64,000 nt of DNA from the UHGV virus genome UHGV-0306641; one strand, written 5' to 3'. The translations under genes were made by a program, and so were the position numbers. Shown here piece by piece: positions 19,187 through 27,673 of the stretch. This DNA comes from a virus. Positions within the stretch are counted from its first letter, which is position 1. Each line of letters starts with the position of its first letter. Under the pieces are notes generated by a model that saw only the letters and a list, made by a program, of their open reading frames with translations, had not been told where the DNA came from and ran no database searches.

Positions 19187-19617
19187 CACCCTTCGGCATC
19201 TTCCGCTAACAATTCAAGCATTGACGGTTTAGGGTTATCAGCCACGATCTGAGTTGGTGAGCTGCAGGCGTCTACTTCCGCCTCTTTTCGAGGCTTGCTG
19301 TCAGCATTCAACCACTGATGGATTAGCGCTGGCATCTGGCCCTTCGTTAAGTCGGGTTTAAACCATAAGCTGTAAGCCGTCCGGGAGCCACCAGCAGCTG
19401 CATATTCTGCGAAATTGACAATGTAGCCCTCTACCCCCTTCTTAAACTCAACGTCATCCATTTTATTACCATTTAACGCAACCATGCCTGAGTCCTGATA
19501 AATGATAACTTTGCGTGTGCCGCAATCGAAATTAAGCGCGCGTAAGCTGGTGGGTTGTCCTACTGTCGGGACAAAAATTAGTAATGCAGAAATTAAAAGC
19601 CATTTTATATTTTTCAT
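19186..19617 (-). CDS. secreted protein with signal peptide (143 aa)
   Basis: N-terminal MKNIKWLLISALLIFVPTVG signal-like; AGGGA RBS. Confidence 0.65.
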   Translation of the reverse strand: MKNIKWLLISALLIFVPTVGQPTSLRALNFDCGTRKVIIYQDSGMVALNGNKMDDVEFKKGVEGYIVNFAEYAAAGGSRTAYSLWFKPDLTKGQMPALIHQWLNADSKPRKEAEVDACSSPTQIVADNPKPSMLELLAEDAEG

Positions 19618-20059
19618 ATTTCCCTACCAGATCAAATAGCAATAAATATGCTTGCCCTCATATCTGGCGAGATAGGTTATAGGACTTTCCGCAATAACAG
19701 TAATTTTTTACGCAATAATCTTTAACGCAACAGCACCTGCCGAGCGCCATGTGACTATCTAATCCGCTCTACGACTTGTCGCACCCTGATTTGACATTGA
19801 ATTCTAAGGATTTACTTTATGTTTACTTGCTAATAACTGAGGGCAGTAAGCATGTTAGGGTAAAAACTCATTTGCTCACCTGCCCCCATGGAAAATAAAA
19901 TAGCAGCACGGTAACAATTACAAACGAGAGGAATATATGAAAATTAAAATCAAGCTTATTATCTTTACTTTCAAAATAAACTTACATATTGAGAGATTAT
20001 GCAATTAAATAAAAATGGGGGATTCGACCAGATGTGTCCTCCCCTATAGTTTCCGTATC

Positions 20060-20557
20060 CTACTTGTAGTAGTAGGCTATATTCATTGCCTTATAGAGTT
20101 CCTTAAATCTTTCTTCTCTATATAACGAAAGCCATTCCGTCCAATTACTTATTACGATCTTCCAGAGTGGTGAATCAAACAATGCAGATTGAGCCGGTAA
20201 TTGCTCTCCTGGTTGGAGGTATACCGCCTCAATCATTCTTACACAGCGTCCAAAATCATCAGGGTCAAGAGGGTAGGCAAATTCCGCCTCACAGCCTCCT
20301 GTCAATATGGATGCCATATATAGACTGCTAGCCCCAACATCATCACTGGCAAGCCATGCCTCCAGCCCTATTCCCTCCTTGCCTACTCCCTTCAGGACTA
20401 CAGCTGGCTTACGAGCGTACTCCGCCACAATTAAGTTCGCCGCTCCTATTATCGTGCTGTAACGGTTATCTGCAGTGAGGCCTGGAATCTGGCGGCACAG
20501 CTCCGTAGAAATGGCATTTATCAAAGCAATCTGATCTATCTGGTAGGTTTCGCTCAT
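20060..20557 (-). CDS. hypothetical protein (165 aa; start at MSETYQ with AGGAAG RBS)
   Basis: internal ATG with good RBS; longer track ORF overlaps upstream gene. Confidence 0.55.
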   Translation of the reverse strand: MSETYQIDQIALINAISTELCRQIPGLTADNRYSTIIGAANLIVAEYARKPAVVLKGVGKEGIGLEAWLASDDVGASSLYMASILTGGCEAEFAYPLDPDDFGRCVRMIEAVYLQPGEQLPAQSALFDSPLWKIVISNWTEWLSLYREERFKELYKAMNIAYYYK

Positions 20558-20579
20558 TGCTGTCTTCCTTGTAATGGAT

Positions 20580-21020
20580 TCAGGCGACCTGGTGGCAGGT
20601 AACGCCCATAGAACGGATAGCGGCGCACACGTCCGGGTTATCATCGAACGCGCACAAAATGTTTTCGGTGCCGATGTTCCTGATCCAGTCACGCTTAATT
20701 TCAGCTGGTGGGCGGTGCTCTTTCTCCCCACGCATAATCAGGCGGTCATAAGGGATCTGGTATCGTGATAACCAAGCAGCTGTTTCCGCATAGGCCACCT
20801 CTCCCCGGCTTGTAAGAATGAAAATCCTGTAATGTCTGCTCAGTGCCACCAGCAACGCGATATTCGCCATGATGGGAGTATCTTTCTCACACGCCAGGCT
20901 AAAACGGTCCCAGTTCGGCGCGTGGCTCATCATGTCCAGGCGAGGAATGAGATCCTCACGGTGGCGGTGGTCAGCCAACGTATTGTCCAGGTCAAACACC
21001 ACGATATCTGCAGTGGTCAC
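20580..21020 (-). CDS. HAD-superfamily phosphatase (nucleotidase-like), GTG start
   Basis: motif I FDLDNTL (DxDxT), AGGAG RBS. Confidence 0.65.
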   Translation of the reverse strand: MTTADIVVFDLDNTLADHRHREDLIPRLDMMSHAPNWDRFSLACEKDTPIMANIALLVALSRHYRIFILTSRGEVAYAETAAWLSRYQIPYDRLIMRGEKEHRPPAEIKRDWIRNIGTENILCAFDDNPDVCAAIRSMGVTCHQVA

Positions 21021-21158
21021 AAAAACACTCCTGTCATTCGTAAGTGAACAATAATAATCAATATGATTCTAAGGTATTTGTATTTATCGAATGGATAAAT
21101 TACAGCATTCCGTTTTATACTCTGAGAATACCATTAAATCTAAGGGTTTTTAAAAGGG

Positions 21159-21833
21159 TTGTTCATGCTTAGTACAGAGGATCGGGATGCACTCTACGAA
21201 AAACAGCGAATCGCAGCGCAACGGCAGCGCGAACGTCAGAAGACCAAGCTGGCTGACCCAGCTTATCGGCAACATCAACAGGAAAAACGGCAGGCGGCAG
21301 CACAACGATCCGCCGAAAAACGATTAGCCCGTATCCGTTCACCGGAGTATCAGGAAGCGCAGCGTGAAAAACAGCGCATTAAGCGACAGGAAACAGCACA
21401 GAAACCACGTACAGCACTTACCGTTACCAAAACCCGTAAAACCTCAACGCGAGGACTGAAAGGCAGAACCCCGACCGCAGACGAACGGCGCGTAATGAAT
21501 GCGTTAGCCAAACTCCCCTGCACCGCTTGCTGGCTGCATAAACACCACCAGCCAATTGTCAGCCTGCATCATGTAAATGGGCGCACTGCAGCTGGCGCGC
21601 ATATGGATGTTTTACCGTTGTGCCGGTGGCATCACCAGGACGCGGCCCCAAAAGCAGATCGCGAGCAATACCCGTGGCTGGTGCCGGTTCATGCCAGCGG
21701 CAATGTTGGCGGAAAGGCCGAATTTACGCGCCTGAACGCCTCCGAAGAAGATTTGCTACTCATGGCCTACGAACAGGCTGGAATAATCAGAGAGGTACAT
21801 GGTGTGCCACTCGTAAAAAGGAACGAACAATAA
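21159..21833 (+). CDS. Ref-like HNH endonuclease with basic disordered N-terminus
   Basis: CTACWLHKHHQ...LHHVNGR...PLCRWHHQ HNH/zinc motif; basic repeat-rich N-terminal 100 aa as in P1 Ref (from memory). Confidence 0.65.
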   Translation: MFMLSTEDRDALYEKQRIAAQRQRERQKTKLADPAYRQHQQEKRQAAAQRSAEKRLARIRSPEYQEAQREKQRIKRQETAQKPRTALTVTKTRKTSTRGLKGRTPTADERRVMNALAKLPCTACWLHKHHQPIVSLHHVNGRTAAGAHMDVLPLCRWHHQDAAPKADREQYPWLVPVHASGNVGGKAEFTRLNASEEDLLLMAYEQAGIIREVHGVPLVKRNEQ

Positions 21834-22621
21834 TGAGAATAAAACATTGCGCCACATCTGATCCACGTTGGGTGGAGCTGGTAGAGAAATATCAGAGTAA
21901 CTGGAATCAAGCGATGATAGACATCTTTGGTATGACACCTACAGATCAGCAAAAACTGGTGATAGAAAGAGCAAGCAAACCGGGTTCACATACAACGGTA
22001 ACAACCCCTAGTGGAATTGGTTGTAAACACCTCATAAGTGCTATTGCCATTCTCCTCGTAATTCTTTATCCCAATGGGCGAGTTATCATCCCATCAATGG
22101 ACGTTGCCGCCACCAAAAGCCAAATAATGAAGTACATGAAGCAACATTGGTATAAAGCGATTCAAAATCATCCATGGCTTGATATTTACTTTGACCTAAC
22201 GAGCAACGGAATCCATGAACGAAGCACCGACCGCCTTTGGTTTAGCAGTTTTAAAAGCGTCAGAAAGTATCCAGAAAGCATAGCTGGTGAATATGCCAAA
22301 CATCTGTTTTTCATTTGCCCTAATGCCAATAGCTTATCCGAAAAGATAATGGGAATTATCAATGCCTCATTGGTTGAAAGGGACAATGGAATACTGCTCA
22401 CAGGAATACCATCAGAACACCGTACTTACTTTTATCATAGCCACCATAGGCTATCAGGGGATCTATATTCAGCGATTCAATTGAGTGCCGAAGATTCTCC
22501 ACTCGTAACGCCGGAATACATAGAGATGAAAAGACGTGAACTTGGAGGACGCGACACAAACGCTTATCGGATGCAGGTCCTGGGCCTTTTCCCAAACGAA
22601 TCATCCACCAGCGATATATAG
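21833..22621 (+). CDS. degenerate paralog of terminase large-subunit N-terminal ATPase domain (mat-position gene)
   Basis: colinear with PacB residues 1-265 (SDPRW, FGM.P..QQ, YP..RV.I, HPWL, HSHH, K..VLG.FP) but Walker A becomes PSGIGCKH and Walker B LFFICPNANS; no nuclease domain; TAATG overlap with the preceding HNH gene. Confidence 0.7.
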   Translation: MRIKHCATSDPRWVELVEKYQSNWNQAMIDIFGMTPTDQQKLVIERASKPGSHTTVTTPSGIGCKHLISAIAILLVILYPNGRVIIPSMDVAATKSQIMKYMKQHWYKAIQNHPWLDIYFDLTSNGIHERSTDRLWFSSFKSVRKYPESIAGEYAKHLFFICPNANSLSEKIMGIINASLVERDNGILLTGIPSEHRTYFYHSHHRLSGDLYSAIQLSAEDSPLVTPEYIEMKRRELGGRDTNAYRMQVLGLFPNESSTSDI

Positions 22622-22629
22622 GTGTAACA

Positions 22630-22860
22630 GTGACAAGAACAGCAACGGAACGGGCCTTAAATCCCCACGGACACGTATATATACTGGATGGATTAACCAA
22701 ACTCCATATTTGTAAGATTTGCGGAACCTGTGAGCGCCGGAACGGACAATATTGGTGGGCTGGTAAGTGGAGTAAGACAGAGCCGCCGTGCGGCCTCAAC
22801 ACAGATGGACAACGGGACTGGCATAACAATGCAAACCCTGACAACGAAGACGAACCATGA
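22630..22860 (+). CDS. small Cys-rich protein (GTG start)
   Basis: HICKICGTCERR...PPCG zinc-ribbon-like. Confidence 0.35.
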   Translation: MTRTATERALNPHGHVYILDGLTKLHICKICGTCERRNGQYWWAGKWSKTEPPCGLNTDGQRDWHNNANPDNEDEP

Positions 22861-22903
22861 CCGGCTGCAGGACGATAAATAATTCCTTGACGCAAAAAAA
22901 ACA

Positions 22904-22925
22904 CAAAGTACAAACCGCATAAAAT
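22904..22925 (+). promoter_or_regulatory. conserved 19-bp element CAAAGTACAAACCGCATAA + CATAAA(-10-like), class II late-promoter candidate
   Basis: identical 19-mer also at 52615; CTCGCAGC box follows. Confidence 0.45.
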
Positions 22926-23013
22926 CCTCGCAGCTTTTGTGTTCCCTTGAGGGTACTTTTGACAATTTAACTTCCTGCTTTAGCGCGGTTGGGAACATCA
23001 ATAGCCAGTAAGG

Positions 23014-23035
23014 GGCCGCAATCGCGGCCTTTTTG
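23014..23035 (+). terminator. Rho-independent terminator/attenuator hairpin in leader
   Basis: GGCCGC-aatc-GCGGCC then T5. Confidence 0.6.
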
Positions 23036-23054
23036 CTTTCTGGAGGATAGAAAA

Positions 23055-23714
23055 TTGAGTCAAAAAATAGCTGTTTTCAGTCTCTCAACATCAACCCCGC
23101 TCTATGTCACCGCCATCTATAACGATGACAACAACCTGATAATGAGCACCCCGAAATCACTTCCCAACTCATTAAAACAACAACGAGTAAAGGTGATCCC
23201 CGCCGTCGAGAAGTTACTTAAAGCTGACTTTAAGGTGCTGGTGGATGAAACCAGTGGGACCATTGCGAGCGAAAGTGGCGCTCACCATGTTTCACTGAAG
23301 ACGCGACATACAGACTCGCGCGCTGCAGTTTTGGTCGGCATCGAGCGTTACAACGAATTGCGCCTCCAGAAAGCCATTTCTCTTCCAGAGAAAAACCCCG
23401 GCGCATATGAGATCCCGTCTTCTATCGTGGACATTGATTACAACGCCGCCGGTGACGAGGTATATCACATCAACTGGCAGGATATTCGACCCGAGCACCT
23501 GCTTACGATCATGTGCTGTTTTGCCACGGTATACCATCCTGTTACTTCTGCTGCGTATATCAAAGCCATGACCGGCTGCAGCGAAGAACGCGAGCAGCAC
23601 CCGCTATTACGCGTTTTCGGGAATCTCATTAAGCATCAGGAAGTGACCAGTGCAAACGCCGTACCGCCATCGCTAACCGGGAAGCGAATCAGTGATAACG
23701 AGGTCATTCTATGA
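23055..23714 (+). CDS. hypothetical protein (TTG start after GGAGGA RBS; alt ATG 23142)
   Basis: track ORF start at 22989 rejected because terminator hairpin lies inside it. Confidence 0.45.
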   Translation: MSQKIAVFSLSTSTPLYVTAIYNDDNNLIMSTPKSLPNSLKQQRVKVIPAVEKLLKADFKVLVDETSGTIASESGAHHVSLKTRHTDSRAAVLVGIERYNELRLQKAISLPEKNPGAYEIPSSIVDIDYNAAGDEVYHINWQDIRPEHLLTIMCCFATVYHPVTSAAYIKAMTGCSEEREQHPLLRVFGNLIKHQEVTSANAVPPSLTGKRISDNEVIL

Positions 23715-24040
23715 GTTACAACCGCCTGGATGACCGCACAATTGACGATCCTATCCTGCTGGCATTGTTTCATCAGGAAGTCATTGCACGGGCCACCAGC
23801 TACAGCGCCGACAACATCTCTTACACCATCAAGCCCGATGAGGTTTACCGTTCTGATTTGTCGGCGTTTCGCTGTTACGGCAATGAAGAATTACGCTGGG
23901 TATTCCGCCTGCTGGTGGGGCATGAATCTGAAACTGAAGCCATGCCGGTTGGCACAACGTTAACCGTGCCGCCGGTGGCCTGGATACGTGACCGGATGCG
24001 CGACTATGCGTCGGGAACGGTGGAGTTAATCAGTGGCTGA
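23711..24040 (+). CDS. hypothetical protein (109 aa)
   Basis: ATGA-coupled to neighbours. Confidence 0.55.
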   Translation: MSYNRLDDRTIDDPILLALFHQEVIARATSYSADNISYTIKPDEVYRSDLSAFRCYGNEELRWVFRLLVGHESETEAMPVGTTLTVPPVAWIRDRMRDYASGTVELISG

Positions 24041-25235
24041 TTTTCCCCGCGCCAGTAACGGTCGATATCAAACAGAAGGCCTAAGCGCTCGCGAGTTCGA
24101 ACGCCTATTCAACCAGATTGAGAAGGATAAGCGAAGCAAGCGCCGCGCCGCTCGCCGCACTCTGACGCCGTTTTCACTGAAGAACAAAACAGCCGAAGAT
24201 ATCCTCTCGCTTGGCAAGAAGAAAAAAGGCGGTACGTTCTTCACGGTCGAAGACCTGAAGGCATTTGAAAGTCGCCGCAAGGATATCCGACAGACGTTCA
24301 ATTCAGGCGTCGCCGGGATTACCTATGCCCAGCTCATAGCCGGAAGTGAAGCGATTGACGTTAAACGTGCTAACAACGCCGTAGACGACGGTTCCGGCAT
24401 TAAGCGCGCCGTGCCTTCATCATTGAAGCATAACGTCGTCACAGTCAGCGTGGAGGCTTCAGATCGATCCGAAGACCAGCATCACCGCGTAAAAGTACGC
24501 TTTGAGGAATGGGATTCACTGATTGATGAGCTGGGGGATGAGACTAGCGCGGTAAAAGTGACGAAAAAGCTGTGTGCCGGTCGCGTATCCTTCGATTGTG
24601 ATTGTGGTCGTCATCAATACTGGTATCGCTACATCGCGACCGCTGGTAACTTTGCCCTGGCACCACCAAAGGAATATGCCTTCCCCAAAATCCGTAACCC
24701 TAATCTCAAAGGGATCGCCTGTAAGCACGTGATCCACGCAATGACCCGACTCCAGTCGGCAAGCTGGCAATTGCGGATCGGTCAGGCCATGCTGCAGGCC
24801 GCTAAGCGTGTAGGGTTCGGTGACGACAAGCGGAGAACTACCAAACATTTCACTGAGGAAGACCGGAAAAGATTCAACAAGAACCGTAACTCACAGACTA
24901 ACCAGGGGGCGATGCGTCAGGAGTGGGATAAATACCAGCGCCGCCAGAAAGCGCTGGGTAATCAGATTGCGCGAGACAGTACAAAGCTACGTTCCCTCAG
25001 CGACAAACTACTAAAAGCCCGGAAAATGACGCAAAAACAACGGGCAAAGGCAGAAGAAAGTCAGCAAAAGCTTAAAGCCGAGCAGGATAAAAACAAGGTG
25101 CTGCAGCAGCAGCTCGCCGATCGTTTCAAGGTGGAACGCCAGGCGTTTATTGATGCGATGATAATGACTGGTGTATCACGTCAGGACGCCGAGAAGCGCT
25201 TCCTGGACTACGTGAAAAACAAAGGCAGGGGTTAA
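24033..25235 (+). CDS. SWIM zinc-finger protein with basic coiled-coil C-terminus
   Basis: CAGRVSFDCDCGRHQYWY...CKHVIHAM (CxCxnCxH SWIM signature). Confidence 0.6.
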   Translation: MADFPRASNGRYQTEGLSAREFERLFNQIEKDKRSKRRAARRTLTPFSLKNKTAEDILSLGKKKKGGTFFTVEDLKAFESRRKDIRQTFNSGVAGITYAQLIAGSEAIDVKRANNAVDDGSGIKRAVPSSLKHNVVTVSVEASDRSEDQHHRVKVRFEEWDSLIDELGDETSAVKVTKKLCAGRVSFDCDCGRHQYWYRYIATAGNFALAPPKEYAFPKIRNPNLKGIACKHVIHAMTRLQSASWQLRIGQAMLQAAKRVGFGDDKRRTTKHFTEEDRKRFNKNRNSQTNQGAMRQEWDKYQRRQKALGNQIARDSTKLRSLSDKLLKARKMTQKQRAKAEESQQKLKAEQDKNKVLQQQLADRFKVERQAFIDAMIMTGVSRQDAEKRFLDYVKNKGRG

Positions 25236-25241
25236 TACAAA

Positions 25242-25273
25242 AGCCCCCAACCTTTCGGTCAGGGGGCTATTTT
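25242..25273. terminator. bidirectional terminator
   Basis: AGCCCCC...GGGGGCT stem between convergent genes. Confidence 0.55.
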
Positions 25274-25691
25274 ACGCGTCCATGAATGAGCTTGCCGGAA
25301 TGTTAAAGCGCCGCGCAAGTGCTTTCATGTGATCCAGTGTTAATGAGCGAGTCCCGTTAAGGATACGGCTCACAAGCGATTTCTTACCAATCTCTTCCTC
25401 AAAATCACTCTGAGTCAGTTTGTGCTGGTCCATCAGGACACGCAGCAGGGCCACGCCGCTTGGTAACGCTGCAATACGCTCGTTGAACTCAGCCAACTCT
25501 TCCGCCTCATCTTCATACTGGGAAATTTTCGCAACCAGCATGTCCACCAGCGGATGATCTGGCTCGTGTTCAATCAGGTATTCAACCAGCGTCAGCGCGT
25601 CTTCATAGTCCTTACGAGAGGCATTGCCCCCCAGGAGGGGGACAATGCTAACCAGGCTGTTTGCCGCCTGGAGAGCATCGGTATACATCAT
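25272..25691 (-). CDS. higA: HigA antitoxin (HTH-XRE)
   Basis: near-colinear with E. coli K-12 HigA (VSRILNGTRSLTLDHMKALARRFNI). Confidence 0.9.
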   Translation of the reverse strand: MMYTDALQAANSLVSIVPLLGGNASRKDYEDALTLVEYLIEHEPDHPLVDMLVAKISQYEDEAEELAEFNERIAALPSGVALLRVLMDQHKLTQSDFEEEIGKKSLVSRILNGTRSLTLDHMKALARRFNIPASSFMDA

Positions 25692-25999
25692 TCTTTCGTT
25701 CTCCGGTAAAAATCTGTCAGCTTGTCGTATTCGGCATGTGTGGTTATGTGCTTTATGAAGATTTTCCCACGTTCAAAATCAGCAAAAAACATCACTCTCA
25801 AATTCCCGCCGCCTACATCGATCACCCACCACTTCTCCCGATATTTCATTCTGTCCAGCGAGGCAAATCGCTTCTTCATGTCGTCCGGTGAAGTGTAATT
25901 ATCTTTCTTCAAAGTCCGGTATACGCTTTCAAGTGCCGCTGCCTGATTGGGAAATTGCCTGGTGGCTGTATCGAAGGGAATCCTCGATACAACGTGCAT
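25688..25999 (-). CDS. higB: HigB mRNA interferase toxin
   Basis: FASLDRMKYREKWWVIDVGGGNLRVMFFADFERGKIFIKHITTHAEYD matches HigB; AAGGAG RBS; ATGA overlap with higA. Confidence 0.9.
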   Translation of the reverse strand: MHVVSRIPFDTATRQFPNQAAALESVYRTLKKDNYTSPDDMKKRFASLDRMKYREKWWVIDVGGGNLRVMFFADFERGKIFIKHITTHAEYDKLTDFYRRTKE

Positions 26000-26148
26000 C
26001 CTTATCTCCTTTCGTTTCCATCTTGGAAACATAGTATCTCACTATCCGAATGTTGACAAGATGGATACTAAAATAATTTATGCATCTGCAATTCACAATC
26101 TCCATACAGTGCTCACATCCGCAAATTAACCCGTCAGTGAGGCACAGA

Positions 26149-26910
26149 ATGGGCCGTTTTGATGAATGGCTTAACGACACAAAGCCGGTAACAGTCACAC
26201 CGGTTAGCTCTGCCGTTATCCAGCCAGAGGAAACAACCGAAGTCACCCCACCAGCAATTACCGATATGGATGAGCTGGTGGAGGTGGATATTGCTGCCCC
26301 GCAGCAGCCAGAAGAAACGCTTTTTGATGAGATAGGCTCAACAGAAAGCGCGCCGGTCGCAGCATTGCCAGGTGAACTGGCGACACGCGATCAGGACATA
26401 AGTCTGAAGCCGCGTTTTAAAGGTCACTCCCCGCTCAATTCGATGGTTCGCCTGGACTGGATGAAACTCATTGAACTGCACCCGGATAACTTTGACGCCC
26501 TGCTCTTTCGGCCTGACCCCGAGGATGTGGGCGAAGTTGACGAAGAAAGCGGCATTGAAGGCCCATCCTACACCGAACTGAACAACAATCAGCGTGACCT
26601 ACGCTATCTCGATCCGGTCCCGGTCAAAGTGCTGGATTGTCCTGATGAACGGGACTCATTTCAGGTCGTGGATTCTGACGGCGAACAGGATGGACTGAGT
26701 GACGAGCTTCAGTTACTACGTATAGCCGCAGAAAACGTGTCTATCGGCTCAATACTCACCTGGAATGAGGAAATGGCATCCGGGAAGCTGGCCCAGCGCT
26801 GGTGGTATGTACACCGCATTTACAGCTTTGGTACGCAGCACGTCGGATCGCTGTATTACTGCATTCCTGCACGAAACATGGATACAACTGAGGGAGGGAT
26901 CGTTAAATGA
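26149..26910 (+). CDS. acidic hypothetical protein (254 aa)
   Basis: start at MGRFDEW with GAGG RBS; first gene of plus-strand structural-like operon. Confidence 0.55.
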   Translation: MGRFDEWLNDTKPVTVTPVSSAVIQPEETTEVTPPAITDMDELVEVDIAAPQQPEETLFDEIGSTESAPVAALPGELATRDQDISLKPRFKGHSPLNSMVRLDWMKLIELHPDNFDALLFRPDPEDVGEVDEESGIEGPSYTELNNNQRDLRYLDPVPVKVLDCPDERDSFQVVDSDGEQDGLSDELQLLRIAAENVSIGSILTWNEEMASGKLAQRWWYVHRIYSFGTQHVGSLYYCIPARNMDTTEGGIVK

Positions 26911-27671
26911 GTAGAGAACTTTTAGCCAAAACGCGCCAGTGGAAAAAAACACGTACAGGAAAGTTCGAAATAACCGGATTTTCCGCGATCGATGAAGCTG
27001 TGGCGCGTGAAATTAATATAATTTTCAGCGACGTCGTAGTGACTCACCCCAGCAGGGGCCGTGAGCGGTTTGCAGAGTTCCTGAAGCGTAAGCCGGAAGA
27101 CCGCGTATTCGTGGGCAATTTTGATAACGTGGTTGAGTTTTTGGGCGCGGTTCGTCGCGCAGCTGCCGGACGCCGTAGCATTCCATCCGATAAAATCATT
27201 AACCGCGACGCCATGCCGTTTATCAACATTTCACGGACCTTTGACGCTGACTACGAAAATAACGACAACCAACGTCATCGGCGCGAGGTAGGAGACTTAA
27301 TGGCTGATGATGGCGAAACACCTATCGCTGAGGTGGACGCAATGCAGGTATTGCTAACCTACAACGTTACGTTGATTGCTGCCGAAAAATCTACTCTCAG
27401 CCTGATGTGTAACACCTTAGCGTCATCATTACGCTGGCGCGAATCCACCAGCTTTACGGCTATCGACTATCTGGTTAACGCAAAAACGGAAATTGATTGC
27501 TCCTTCCAGGATGCAAAGGCTATCGGTTACAGCGATTTATCTACGCCGATCACCGAAAACCGGATATTTGCAGCCCAGGCGACGTTAACGGTTATGGCAG
27601 ACATGCTAACCGCGTTCGAAGTTGATGCGAGCGAGGTTCGTATTCATACGTACAGCAGCACTCAGGGTTAG
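26907..27671 (+). CDS. virion/baseplate-module protein (254 aa)
   Basis: ATGA-coupled operon with spike-like gene. Confidence 0.55.
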   Translation: MSRELLAKTRQWKKTRTGKFEITGFSAIDEAVAREINIIFSDVVVTHPSRGRERFAEFLKRKPEDRVFVGNFDNVVEFLGAVRRAAAGRRSIPSDKIINRDAMPFINISRTFDADYENNDNQRHRREVGDLMADDGETPIAEVDAMQVLLTYNVTLIAAEKSTLSLMCNTLASSLRWRESTSFTAIDYLVNAKTEIDCSFQDAKAIGYSDLSTPITENRIFAAQATLTVMADMLTAFEVDASEVRIHTYSSTQG

Positions 27672-27673
27672 TT

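Noticed and set aside
22885-22925. Canonical sigma70 promoter TTGACG (22885) + TAAAAT (22920)
   Set aside because: The 29-bp spacing is incompatible with a -35/-10 promoter. The conserved 19-mer is better treated as an activator-type element.
22989-23054. ATG start at 22989 for the gene ending 23714
   Set aside because: An intrinsic terminator hairpin (23014-23035) lies inside the N-terminal extension. The TTG at 23055 behind a GGAGGA RBS is preferred.
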